Positions 9,040 to 18,110 of a stretch of 34,091 nucleotides of DNA are shown here, piece by piece. Origin of the DNA: Candidatus Firestoneibacteriota bacterium (lineage in GTDB: Bacteria; Oederibacteriota; D2-FULL-39-29; JBDRBU01); contig JBDRBU010000048.1 of the NCBI GenBank assembly GCA_043822305.1, forward strand, positions 1 through 34,091. The letters run 5' to 3'. Position 1 is the first letter of the stretch. Every line of letters starts with the position of its first letter. The notes under the pieces were generated by a model that saw only the letters and a program-made list of their open reading frames with translations, searched no databases and was not told the origin of the DNA. The position numbers and the translations under genes are program-made.

Positions 9040-9083
9040 ATTGAATGGACAATGATGTAGTTGATAAATTCTGCGGAGGGAAT

Positions 9084-9614
9084 ATGAGAAGCCAGATAGT
9101 TGCTATAATTTTAGGAAGTGACTCTGATTTACCTGTAATGCAGGATGCTATTAGTATTTTTAACAAAGCAGGTGTTTCTTATGAAATTATTATTGCTTCG
9201 GCTCACAGGAGTTTAAGATATTTACAAAAAACTATTAAAGTAATGGAAAAAAGAGGGACAAAAATTTTTATAGCAGGAGCAGGTCATTCTGCTGCACTTC
9301 CTGGAGTTATTGCCGCCGAAACTACAATACCTGTAATTGGAGTTCCAATAGATTCATCTAATTTAAAGGGGATTGATTCTCTTTATTCTATTGTGCAGAT
9401 GCCATCTGGTATTCCAGTAGCTACTATGGCCATAGGTAAATCTGGAGCAACTAATTCGGCTATACTTGCTATTGAGATTCTATCTATTAATAATAATAAA
9501 CTAAAAAAATGGCTTCTAAGGTACAGGCAAAAACTTTATCAGGACGTTATTACTAAATCAAAATTATTAAAGCAAAAGGGTTATAAGAAATATCTTGAAG
9601 GGATGAGAAAATAA
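9084..9614 (+). CDS. purE: N5-carboxyaminoimidazole ribonucleotide mutase
   Basis: ILGSDSDL, SAHR, AGAGHSAALPG, SIVQMPSGIPVATMAIG; start moved to ATG 9084 after GGAGG. Confidence 0.95.
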   Translation: MRSQIVAIILGSDSDLPVMQDAISIFNKAGVSYEIIIASAHRSLRYLQKTIKVMEKRGTKIFIAGAGHSAALPGVIAAETTIPVIGVPIDSSNLKGIDSLYSIVQMPSGIPVATMAIGKSGATNSAILAIEILSINNNKLKKWLLRYRQKLYQDVITKSKLLKQKGYKKYLEGMRK

Positions 9615-9625
9615 TTTTTTATAAG

Positions 9626-10258
9626 ATGAGTTTAAATAAAATTTTAACATTAAACAGGATAAACTTTTTTGCAGAAAAGATAAAACAAGGTAGTGTTGTT
9701 GGTATACCAACAGATACAGTTTATGGAATTGCAGGAAGTGTTTATAACAAAAATGCAATAAACAGAATTTACGAGATTAAAAATAGACCTAAAAACAAAC
9801 CATTAGTTATTTTTGTTAGTGATTCAAAAGAAATAGAAAACTTAGTAGAAAAGATACCATCATTTGCTCTAAAACTTATGGATAATTTTTGGCCAGGATC
9901 TTTAACTTTAATATTTAAATCTTCTAAGTTCGCACCAAAAAATGTAGTATCAAGTGTAAATACTGTGGGTATTAGAGTGCCTGATTGTAAAGTTATACTT
10001 GATTTACTTAAAATTTTAAGAGAGCCATTAGCTGTAACAAGTGCTAATATATCAGGCAAAAGAGAACTTTCAAGTGCATGTGAGGTTAAAAAAGAATTAG
10101 GGACTAAGTTAGACTTTATATTAGATGGTGGAGTTATAAAACATAAATGTGTTTCAACTATTGTAGATGTTTCGGGAGATTCTCCTGTAATTTTAAGAGA
10201 CGGCAAATTAAAGAAGGAACAAATAGAAGAAGTAGTTATGAATGTAAAAAGAATATGA
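9626..10258 (+). CDS. tsaC: Threonylcarbamoyl-AMP synthase (TsaC/YrdC, no Sua5 C-terminal domain)
   Basis: PTDTVYG, IYEIKNRPKNKPL, FWPGSLT, TSANISG, STIVD. Confidence 0.92.
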   Translation: MSLNKILTLNRINFFAEKIKQGSVVGIPTDTVYGIAGSVYNKNAINRIYEIKNRPKNKPLVIFVSDSKEIENLVEKIPSFALKLMDNFWPGSLTLIFKSSKFAPKNVVSSVNTVGIRVPDCKVILDLLKILREPLAVTSANISGKRELSSACEVKKELGTKLDFILDGGVIKHKCVSTIVDVSGDSPVILRDGKLKKEQIEEVVMNVKRI

Positions 10259-10707
10259 AAATATTATTTGTATGTACCGGAAATAGTTGTAGAAGTGTAA
10301 TGGCTTCTTATTATTTAAAAAAAAGATTATTAGATTTAAAAATAAATAATAATATAGAAGTTCTATCAGCAGGAGTAAGCACAATTGCTGGAATGTTTGC
10401 TTCTTCGGAAGTAATAGAAATTTTAAAGAAAGAAGGAATAGATGCTACTTTTCATTATTCTAAAGGTTTAAGTAAAGATATGATAGAGAGTTCTAATTTA
10501 ATATTTGTAATGTCGCATAATCATCTAAATGAAATAATAAGACGGGTTCCAACTTCAAAAAATAAAGTTTTTTTATTAGATAAAGAAGATATATCAGATC
10601 CTATAAATGGTGCTATGGAAGATTATGAAAAATGTTTTAATTTAATTAAAAAAGCAATAGAGAATAATGTGATTCCTAAAATAGAAAAATCATTAATGGT
10701 ATCTTAA
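10255..10707 (+). CDS. Low-molecular-weight protein tyrosine/arginine phosphatase (YwlE-like)
   Basis: ILFVCTGNSCRS P-loop, DISDP; located between tsaC and rpiB; start ATG 10255 overlaps the tsaC stop. Confidence 0.88.
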   Translation: MKILFVCTGNSCRSVMASYYLKKRLLDLKINNNIEVLSAGVSTIAGMFASSEVIEILKKEGIDATFHYSKGLSKDMIESSNLIFVMSHNHLNEIIRRVPTSKNKVFLLDKEDISDPINGAMEDYEKCFNLIKKAIENNVIPKIEKSLMVS

Positions 10708-10708
10708 T

Positions 10709-10951
10709 ATGGATAAAATATTAGAAGAACAGATATTTTCTGCTGTTTGGAGTTTTAAGTTCATGGGAAATTGGGCAACTCATGATGGTAATTATCGTAG
10801 TAATTGGGCACCATATATTCCACGAAATGTAATATTAAAGTTTTCTAAAGAAAACGAGCTGGTACTAGATTGTTTCTGTGGTGTTGGGACTACTGGTGTT
10901 GAATGTAAATTAGCTAACAAATTTGCAGAACATTTAGATAATTTTAAATAA
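10709..10951 (+). pseudogene. N-terminal fragment of an N4/N6 DNA methyltransferase-like gene
   Basis: VWSF...GNWATHDGNYRSNWAPYIPRNVILKFSKENELVLDCFCGVGTT SAM motif, then ends after about 80 aa with no catalytic PPY motif. Confidence 0.7.
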
Positions 10952-11003
10952 AAGCAAAAGAACTATTATAAAATTATAAGATAGCAAAAGTGGAGGTTGT
11001 CAA

Positions 11004-11462
11004 ATGTCAAGAGCTGACCCCATAGTAGGATTGGGAAGTGACCATGCAGGATTTGAACTTAAAGAGTATATAAAACAAAAATTAAAAAATATGAAGATAG
11101 ATTTTGTTGATTATGGAACAAATTCTACTAAAAAAGTTGATTATCCAGACTATGGTAAATTAGTAGCAAAAGATGTTGCAAAAGGCAAATTAGATAAAGG
11201 AATACTTTTTTGTGGCTCTGGTATAGGAATGAATATAGTTGCAAATAAAATAAAAGGAATTCGTGCTGCTTCATGTTACGATCTTTATACCGCTAAAGCA
11301 AGCAGAAGTCATAATGATGCTAATATATTGACTTTAGGTGGAAGAATTACAGGTAAGAAATTAGCATTAGAAATAGTTAAAGTCTGGTTAAATACTTCTT
11401 TCACAGGTGGAAGGCATTTGGATAGAATTAAAAAAGTTCATGAGTTAGAAAAAGAATGGTAA
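11004..11462 (+). CDS. rpiB: Ribose-5-phosphate isomerase B
   Basis: GSDHAG, DYPD, CGSGIG, ANKIKGIRAA, HNDAN, GGRH. Confidence 0.96.
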   Translation: MSRADPIVGLGSDHAGFELKEYIKQKLKNMKIDFVDYGTNSTKKVDYPDYGKLVAKDVAKGKLDKGILFCGSGIGMNIVANKIKGIRAASCYDLYTAKASRSHNDANILTLGGRITGKKLALEIVKVWLNTSFTGGRHLDRIKKVHELEKEW

Positions 11463-11538
11463 AGAAAGACACAAAAGCGTAGACACTTATGCACCACAGT
11501 TGTGTCAAATGTCAAGACATGACCCTAAGGAAGGTAAA

Positions 11539-12792
11539 ATGTTTAAGGGATACTTTGAAAATTTTTTAAAGGAAGATGATCCGGTAATAGAAAAATATAT
11601 AAGAAAAGAGTTTGAAAGACAGGATACAAAATTACAGATGATAGCCTCTGAAAATTATACGAGTAAGGCCATCATGGCGGTTCAAGGTTCTGTTTTAACA
11701 AATAAATACGCAGAAGGATATCCAGGAAAAAGATTTTATGAAGGTTGTGAATTTTTAGATGAGATAGAATCAGTAGCAATTAATAGATTAAAAAAAATAT
11801 TTCATTCCGAACATGCAAATGTACAGCCTCATTCTGGCTCTTCGGCCAATATGGCCATATATTTTTCAATACTTAATCCAGGAGATGTCTTAATGGGAAT
11901 GGATATAACTTGTGGTGGTCATCTTACTCATGGAACAGAAGTAAGTTTTTCAGGGAAGATATATAAAGCCGTTTCATATGGTGTGAATAAAAATACATAT
12001 TTACTTGATTATGAAGAAATAAGAAGGTTGGCTTTAAAGTATAAACCAAAGTTAATCATATGTGGTGCAAGTGCTTATCCAAGACAGATTGATTTCAAAA
12101 AATTTAAAGAAATTGCAGAAGAAGTAAAAGCATATTTAATGGCAGACATTGCTCATATTACAGGGTTGATAGTCGGGAAAGTTCATCCCGATCCTGTCCC
12201 TTATTGTGATTTTATTGGAGGCACTACCCATAAAACATTAAGGGGTCCAAGAGGTGGATTTATATTAACAAAGAAAGAATTTGCTAAAAGAGTTGATGCT
12301 GCTGTTTTCCCGGGTTTACAGGGAGGTCCCTTAATGCATATTATTGCTGCAAAGGCAGTTGCTTTTAAAGAAGCAATGACTTCTAAATTTAAAAAATATC
12401 AGGTTAATATAATAAGAAATTGTAAAGTTTTAGCCGACGAACTTATTAAAGGGGGATTTAATTTAATAACAGGCGGAACTGATAATCATTTAATATTGAT
12501 TGATTTAAGAAATAAACGAATAACAGGAAGGGAATCTGCTTTGTCTCTTGATGAAGCAGGAATTACGGCCAATAAAAATAGAATCCCATATGACCCTTTA
12601 AGTAGTTGGAATACAAGTGGGATTAGACTTGGAACTCCAGCAATTACAACAAGGGGTATGGGAGTAGACGAGATGAAAGAAATAGCCGAGTTAATTAGTA
12701 ATGTCTTAAATGATAGCCAAAGCCATAAAGTTATAAAAGCAGTCAGAGAAAAAGTAAAAATTTTGTGCAAAAAATTTCCCGTGGAGATATAA
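11539..12792 (+). CDS. glyA: Serine hydroxymethyltransferase
   Basis: IASEN, NKYAEGYPG, NVQPHSG, GGHLTHG, TTHKTLRGPRGG, GGTDNH; start moved to ATG 11539 after AAGGAAGG. Confidence 0.97.
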   Translation: MFKGYFENFLKEDDPVIEKYIRKEFERQDTKLQMIASENYTSKAIMAVQGSVLTNKYAEGYPGKRFYEGCEFLDEIESVAINRLKKIFHSEHANVQPHSGSSANMAIYFSILNPGDVLMGMDITCGGHLTHGTEVSFSGKIYKAVSYGVNKNTYLLDYEEIRRLALKYKPKLIICGASAYPRQIDFKKFKEIAEEVKAYLMADIAHITGLIVGKVHPDPVPYCDFIGGTTHKTLRGPRGGFILTKKEFAKRVDAAVFPGLQGGPLMHIIAAKAVAFKEAMTSKFKKYQVNIIRNCKVLADELIKGGFNLITGGTDNHLILIDLRNKRITGRESALSLDEAGITANKNRIPYDPLSSWNTSGIRLGTPAITTRGMGVDEMKEIAELISNVLNDSQSHKVIKAVREKVKILCKKFPVEI

Positions 12793-12819
12793 TGGGTCAA
12801 ACCTTTTATTTTTTTTTAC

Positions 12820-12848
12820 TTGACTTCTATTGATCAATAATATATAAT
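12820..12848 (+). promoter_or_regulatory. Promoter of the AbiE pair with a palindromic spacer
   Basis: TTGACT-17 bp-TATAAT; spacer contains perfect palindrome TATTGATCAATA (12828-12839). Confidence 0.7.
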
Positions 12849-12890
12849 GGAAATAAGAATTATTATCAATTCCATCAAACATTATTAAAT

Positions 12891-13460
12891 ATGGACAGTT
12901 TAATTGTTAAATTATACCAATATTCCAAAACAATTATAACTAATAAGGAGATATCTTTAATTTGGGAGGAAAACGATAAAGATAAACTGAATGCCAAAAC
13001 TGCTTATTATGTAAAGCGAAAAACTTTGATTCGGCTAATTAGAGGAATTTTTGCTAAAAACAAAGATTATAATCCAAAAGAATTAGCTACCAGCATTTAT
13101 ATTCCTTCTTACATCAGTTTTGAAACAGTGCTTCGGGAAGCCGGAACTATTTTTCAGCATTACGATACAATATTTGTTGTTAGCAAATGGCCGAAAACTA
13201 TGGTAATAGATAAATACACTTTCACTTTTAGAAAGTTGAAAGATACTGTTTTGTATAATCCAACCGGTATCATAAATAAAGATAATTACAGCATCGCTAC
13301 TGTGGAAAGGGCGTTCTTGGATATGATATATTTATTTCCGAATTATTATTTTGATAACTTAAAATCAATCAATTGGGAAAAATGCTTTGAAATTGTCAAA
13401 ATCTACAACAACAAACAATTGATTAAACGATTGAATAAATATCACAAAAACTATGTTTAA
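12891..13460 (+). CDS. Type IV TA antitoxin, AbiEi-like
   Basis: LIRLIRGIF, PSYISFETVL, IATVERAFLDMIY; overlaps the downstream nucleotidyltransferase. Confidence 0.8.
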   Translation: MDSLIVKLYQYSKTIITNKEISLIWEENDKDKLNAKTAYYVKRKTLIRLIRGIFAKNKDYNPKELATSIYIPSYISFETVLREAGTIFQHYDTIFVVSKWPKTMVIDKYTFTFRKLKDTVLYNPTGIINKDNYSIATVERAFLDMIYLFPNYYFDNLKSINWEKCFEIVKIYNNKQLIKRLNKYHKNYV

Positions 13461-14166
13461 TAAAGAAAAACATCAGTTAATAATGGGACAGGTTTTGAAA
13501 GATATTTATACCGATGTTTCTATTGCTCCGCTTTTAGGTTTTAAAGGTGGTACTTGTACCTACTTTTTTTACAGTCTACCTCGTTTCTCGGTGGATTTGG
13601 ATTTTGATTTGCTGGTAATCAACGAGGAAAATCAAAAACTGGTTTTTGAAAAGATTGTAAGTATTTTACAGAAATACGGAAAAATAAAAGATCAATACAT
13701 TAAGAGATTTACTATTTTTGCTTTACTCTCATATGGAGACGAGGATCACAACATCAAAGTAGAAATTAACATCCGAAAACTGGTTGACAATATTAAAAAT
13801 CACTACGAGATTAAAAAATATCTTGGGATTTCAATGTTTGTCGCCAAAAAGGATTATTTGTTCGCCAGTAAATTGGCGGCTTTAACTTTAAGAACGGAAA
13901 CAGCTACGAGAGACATTTATGATATTCACTATTTTGCCAAAAACAATTGGGATATCAACACCGAAGTAATCAAAAAAAGAACAGGCAAAAGTATCAAAGA
14001 ATATTTGGCCGATTGTGTTACATTTATTGAAAAAATTAAAGACAACCAAATTTTGCAAGGGCTTGGTGAATTAGTAGATAAGAAAGAAAAGGCGTGGGCT
14101 AAAAATCACTTAAAAACCGATGCTATGTTTATGCTTAAAAATTATATGTCCGTTTTAAAAAGGTGA
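13453..14166 (+). CDS. Type IV TA toxin, AbiEii/AbiGii nucleotidyltransferase
   Basis: FKGGT, RFSVDLDF, KVEI, KLAAL...RDIYD. Confidence 0.9.
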   Translation: MFNKEKHQLIMGQVLKDIYTDVSIAPLLGFKGGTCTYFFYSLPRFSVDLDFDLLVINEENQKLVFEKIVSILQKYGKIKDQYIKRFTIFALLSYGDEDHNIKVEINIRKLVDNIKNHYEIKKYLGISMFVAKKDYLFASKLAALTLRTETATRDIYDIHYFAKNNWDINTEVIKKRTGKSIKEYLADCVTFIEKIKDNQILQGLGELVDKKEKAWAKNHLKTDAMFMLKNYMSVLKR

Positions 14167-14197
14167 ATAAAATTATTGAAAATAAATGAGGTGAAAA

Positions 14198-14644
14198 ATG
14201 AAAAGACCTTCTTGGAATGAATATTTTATGAAAATAGCAAAACTTCTGGCTACTCGTTCAACTTGTATAAGAAGAAATGTAGGAGCTGTGATAGTTAAAG
14301 ACAAAAGAATCCTGGCTACGGGCTATAATGGTGCTCCATCCGGAGTTCCTCACTGTTTAGATGTTGGTTGTTTAAGAGAAAAATTAAAGATTCCATCCGG
14401 AGAAAGACAGGAGATTTGTAGAGGATTGCATGCCGAACAAAATGCTATTATCCAATCAGCCAGGTTTGGGATAAGTATAAAAGATTCAATTATGTATTGC
14501 ACTCACCAGCCCTGTATAACCTGTGCTAAGATGATTATCAATGCCGGCATTAATGAAGTTATTTTTTCGGGTGATTATCCAGATAAACTCGCCTTAAATA
14601 TGCTAAAACAAGGGAAGATAAAACTATCTAAATTTAAATGTTAA
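14198..14644 (+). CDS. dCMP deaminase family protein (ComEB-like)
   Basis: [28 protein letters not shown] zinc motifs. Confidence 0.92.
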   Translation: MKRPSWNEYFMKIAKLLATRSTCIRRNVGAVIVKDKRILATGYNGAPSGVPHCLDVGCLREKLKIPSGERQEICRGLHAEQNAIIQSARFGISIKDSIMYCTHQPCITCAKMIINAGINEVIFSGDYPDKLALNMLKQGKIKLSKFKC

Positions 14645-15639
14645 AGTATATATTTCTTTTCTTTATTAGTTTTATTATTAGTGCCTTTTTCATTCCCAAA
14701 ATTATAAGATTTGCGATAAAACATGATGCCGTAGATAAGCCAGCTCACAGAAAGATTCATAAAAAAATTACTCCTCTCTTTGGCGGAATTGCAATTTATT
14801 TAGCCCTTTTTTTAACTATAGGTATTTATTTTTTGTTTAGTAACTATTTCAGGGCTTCGCTTTTTATGGATAATTTTTTTCTCGGTAAAAAATTATTAGG
14901 TTTATTTTTAGGTTCAACTTTCTTATTATCAACAGGTATTATAGATGATAAATGGGGACTTCCGCCGAAGTTAAAATTATTCGGTCAAATCATGGCCGTA
15001 GTAATTATTTTGCTTTTTGGAGTAAGAATGATTGGAGTAACAATTCCATTTTTCAATAAATATATTGTTTTCCCTTACTTAATTTCAGTATCCATAACAT
15101 TAATATGGGTTATAGCCATTATAAATTCAGTGAACTTTGTAGATGGACTTGATGGTTTAGCCGCAGGGATTGTCTTTATATCAAGTATGGCTTTTTTTAT
15201 AATTGCGTTCTTTAAACCGCCTCAAAGTAGTTTTCTTTTTGCAAGTAAAGTTTCTTATTTTATTTGTATTCTTTCTGTGATTGTAGCCGGAGGAATATTA
15301 GCGTTTTTAAAATTTAATTTTAATCCTGCCAAAATATTTATGGGTGACTGTGGTAGTCAGTTTCTTGGATTAATGTTAGCCTCGATTTCTATCATAGGTT
15401 CATTTAAAGGAATAACTGCTTTTACTTTATTTACTCCGGTTTTAATATTAACTGTCCCTATATTTGATATAATTTTTGCAGTTTATAGAAGGTTAAAAAA
15501 ACATGTCCCGATATCAAAAGCCGATAAATCTCACCTTCATCATAGACTACTGGCACTTGGACTTACCCCTAGGCAAGCAGTGATTATTCTGTATATTGTA
15601 AGCATTTTGTTTAGTAGTGTAGCAATTATATTGTCTTGA
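14638..15639 (+). CDS. Undecaprenyl-phosphate GlcNAc-1-phosphate transferase (WecA/TagO, MraY family)
   Basis: Multi-pass membrane protein; [35 protein letters not shown]. Confidence 0.92.
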   Translation: MLKYIFLFFISFIISAFFIPKIIRFAIKHDAVDKPAHRKIHKKITPLFGGIAIYLALFLTIGIYFLFSNYFRASLFMDNFFLGKKLLGLFLGSTFLLSTGIIDDKWGLPPKLKLFGQIMAVVIILLFGVRMIGVTIPFFNKYIVFPYLISVSITLIWVIAIINSVNFVDGLDGLAAGIVFISSMAFFIIAFFKPPQSSFLFASKVSYFICILSVIVAGGILAFLKFNFNPAKIFMGDCGSQFLGLMLASISIIGSFKGITAFTLFTPVLILTVPIFDIIFAVYRRLKKHVPISKADKSHLHHRLLALGLTPRQAVIILYIVSILFSSVAIILS

Positions 15640-15664
15640 AAAAATAAGTTAAAAATGTTATTAT
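15636..15664 (+). promoter_or_regulatory. Promoter for xseA, probably leaderless transcript
   Basis: TTGAAA-17 bp-TATTAT with TG extension, 7 nt before the ATG; no SD. Confidence 0.5.
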
Positions 15665-15671
15665 ATTTCTT

Positions 15672-16934
15672 ATGGAAAAACCTGCAAATGTATATACAGT
15701 AACAGAAATTACACGCGAAATAAAATCTTTACTTATTTCTAAATTTGATGATGTTTGGGTGGAAGGAGAATTATCCAATGTTAAAGTTAATTCTTCCGGT
15801 CATATATATCCTTCGCTAAAAGATGAAAACAGTTTAATAAAGATGGCTTTATTTAAATCAACGGTTAAGTCAATCGGTTTCAATCTTGAAGACGGAATGA
15901 AGGTTAGAGTGCATGGCTATGTCAATGTCTATGAAAATAGCGGTAGTTATCAAATAGTTGTTGATTTGGTGGAACCGCTGGGCATTGGTGCATTACAAAT
16001 AAAGTTTGAACAATTAAAACAGAAATTACTCAAAGAGGGACTGTTTAATGAATCCCATAAAAGAAAAATTCCTTTTTTTCCTCAAAAAATAGGAATAATT
16101 ACATCACCAACAGGAGCGGCTATAAGAGATATTTTAAATATCATCAATAGAAGATTTTCTAATGTTCATATTGTCATTAATCCTGTTAGAGTTCAGGGAG
16201 CGGAAGCAGCAAAAGAGATTGCGAATGCGATTTACGAAATGAATGAAATCGGAGATTTTGATGTCTTGATTGTTGGAAGAGGCGGTGGCTCATTAGAAGA
16301 CCTATGGGCTTTTAATGAAGAGATAGTGGCCAGAGCAATATACTCATCAAAAATTCCAATCGTATCAGCCGTTGGCCATGAAATTGATTATACTATTTCT
16401 GATTTTGTTGCAGATAAAAGAGCTTCAACTCCATCTACGGCGGCCGAACTTGTGGTCAGGGAGAAAAAAAGCGTAATAGAAGAATTAGAAAGTTACAAGA
16501 TAAGATTAAAACAAGATTTATATAAAAGATATGAAACTTATAAAGAAAAGGTAAATGGAACTAAAAAAGGATTAATCGCTGGATTAAAAAGAACTTTTGA
16601 AGTTTATAAAGAAAGACTATCTGGTTTAAAAAAGACTTCAGTGTTTTTAAGACCCAAAGACAGGATTTTAGAACTTAAACAGGAGTTGGATGATGCAATA
16701 AATAATTTAAAAAAAGCATTTAAACATTTTACTGGAGTAAAAAATAATGAAGTGAAAATTTTAGAAGGTAAGATTTATAATTTAAATCCTTTAAAAATTC
16801 TTGAAAGAGGTTATAGTGTCTGCACAAAATTACCGGAAAATACTATTGTCAAGGATTCTTCTGTTTTAAAACCAGAAGATGAAATCAAAATTAAATTCCA
16901 TAAAGGAGATATAAAAAGCAAAGTAGTTGCCTGA
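15672..16934 (+). CDS. xseA: Exodeoxyribonuclease VII large subunit
   Basis: VWVEGELSN, ITSPTGAAIRD, GRGGGSLEDLWAFNEE, SAVGHEID, LERGYS. Confidence 0.97.
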   Translation: MEKPANVYTVTEITREIKSLLISKFDDVWVEGELSNVKVNSSGHIYPSLKDENSLIKMALFKSTVKSIGFNLEDGMKVRVHGYVNVYENSGSYQIVVDLVEPLGIGALQIKFEQLKQKLLKEGLFNESHKRKIPFFPQKIGIITSPTGAAIRDILNIINRRFSNVHIVINPVRVQGAEAAKEIANAIYEMNEIGDFDVLIVGRGGGSLEDLWAFNEEIVARAIYSSKIPIVSAVGHEIDYTISDFVADKRASTPSTAAELVVREKKSVIEELESYKIRLKQDLYKRYETYKEKVNGTKKGLIAGLKRTFEVYKERLSGLKKTSVFLRPKDRILELKQELDDAINNLKKAFKHFTGVKNNEVKILEGKIYNLNPLKILERGYSVCTKLPENTIVKDSSVLKPEDEIKIKFHKGDIKSKVVA

Positions 16935-16957
16935 TTTATACAGGATGGGAGGTTTTT

Positions 16958-17212
16958 ATGGTTTCTGAAATGAAATTTGAAACAGGGTTAAAAAGATTGG
17001 AAGAGATTGTTGAGAAATTAGAAAGTGGTGATATTGGTTTGGATGAGTCGTTAAAGTTATACGAAGAAGGTGTGAAACTACTTAAGTTTTGCACTGTCAA
17101 ATTAGATGAAGTTGAAAAGAAAATAGAGATGCTTGTAAAAGACAAAGATGGTAAAATTTCAACAAAACCATTTAAAGCAGAAGAAAAAGAAGATAGTAAT
17201 CTTTTTAAGTAA
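16958..17212 (+). CDS. xseB: Exodeoxyribonuclease VII small subunit
   Basis: FETGLKRLEEIVEKLESGDIGLDESLKLYEEG. Confidence 0.95.
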   Translation: MVSEMKFETGLKRLEEIVEKLESGDIGLDESLKLYEEGVKLLKFCTVKLDEVEKKIEMLVKDKDGKISTKPFKAEEKEDSNLFK

Positions 17213-17219
17213 GAAATAT

Positions 17220-18110
17220 ATGAATATTCGAGAATATTTAAATATTAGAAAAAAAATAATAGATAATGCTTTGGAGAAATTTTTGCCAAAAGAGAAAGAA
17301 TATCTAGGCATAATTCATAAATCAATGAGATACAGTATTTTTGCTGGTGGAAAAAGGATAAGACCGATACTTGTCGTGCTTTCTGCGGAAATACTTGGCA
17401 AAAACTATAAATTGGTTTTACCAACCGCGTGTGCTCTTGAACTAATTCATACTTATTCTTTAATTCATGATGACCTGCCTTGTATGGATAATGATGACTT
17501 TAGAAGAGGAAGATTAACAAACCATAAAGTTTTTGGTGAAGGTCTGGCCACATTATCCGGAGATGCATTACTTACATATGCGTTTGAATTAATCTCTAGA
17601 AATGTGAAAGTTAAAGGAGTTAAGCCGGAAAATGTTTTAAAAATAATAAATATAGTATCAAAAGCCTGCGGAACATCTGGATTGATTGGTGGACAGGTTG
17701 TTGATATTCTCTCTGAAGGCAAAAAAGTATCTAAATCAGAATTAAAGTATATACACACACATAAAACAGGTGCTTTAATATGTGCTTCTCTTCAAGCCGG
17801 TGCAATTTTGTCAGATGCAAAAGATAAAGAGTATGATGCCTTAACTACATATGGCGAAAATTTAGGATTGCTCTTTCAGATAGTTGATGATATGTTAAAT
17901 GTGGTTGGTGATGCAAAAAAACTTGGCAAGAGTGTTGGCAGTGATGCAAAAAGAAAGAAAATAACATATCCATCGCTTTTTGGGATTGAAAAGTCAAAAG
18001 AAGAAATAGAAAAACTCAGAAAAAAAGCAAAGAATTCTGTTAAGATTTTTAAAAACAAGGCTGGACTTTTAAACGAATTAGTAGATTTTGTAATACAAAG
18101 GGGATATTAA
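17220..18110 (+). CDS. ispA: Farnesyl/geranylgeranyl diphosphate synthase
   Basis: GGKRIRP, HDDLPCMDNDDFRRG, GQVVD, KTG, FQIVDD; start moved to ATG 17220. Confidence 0.92.
   Translation: MNIREYLNIRKKIIDNALEKFLPKEKEYLGIIHKSMRYSIFAGGKRIRPILVVLSAEILGKNYKLVLPTACALELIHTYSLIHDDLPCMDNDDFRRGRLTNHKVFGEGLATLSGDALLTYAFELISRNVKVKGVKPENVLKIINIVSKACGTSGLIGGQVVDILSEGKKVSKSELKYIHTHKTGALICASLQAGAILSDAKDKEYDALTTYGENLGLLFQIVDDMLNVVGDAKKLGKSVGSDAKRKKITYPSLFGIEKSKEEIEKLRKKAKNSVKIFKNKAGLLNELVDFVIQRGY

Noticed and set aside
8682..9065. CRISPR array or purine riboswitch upstream of purE
   Set aside because: Only two degenerate direct repeats 194 bp apart, no cas genes, and no purine aptamer consensus recognisable
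11463..11538. Riboswitch (ZTP/glycine/THF) before glyA
   Set aside because: A GACACAA/TTGTGTC stem exists, but the conserved aptamer motifs are not visible and the region is short
11700..12260. GlyA deviations (KRFYEG, GGTTHKT) suggesting altered specificity
   Set aside because: The PLP lysine and other motifs are intact and the context is standard; could be ordinary divergence
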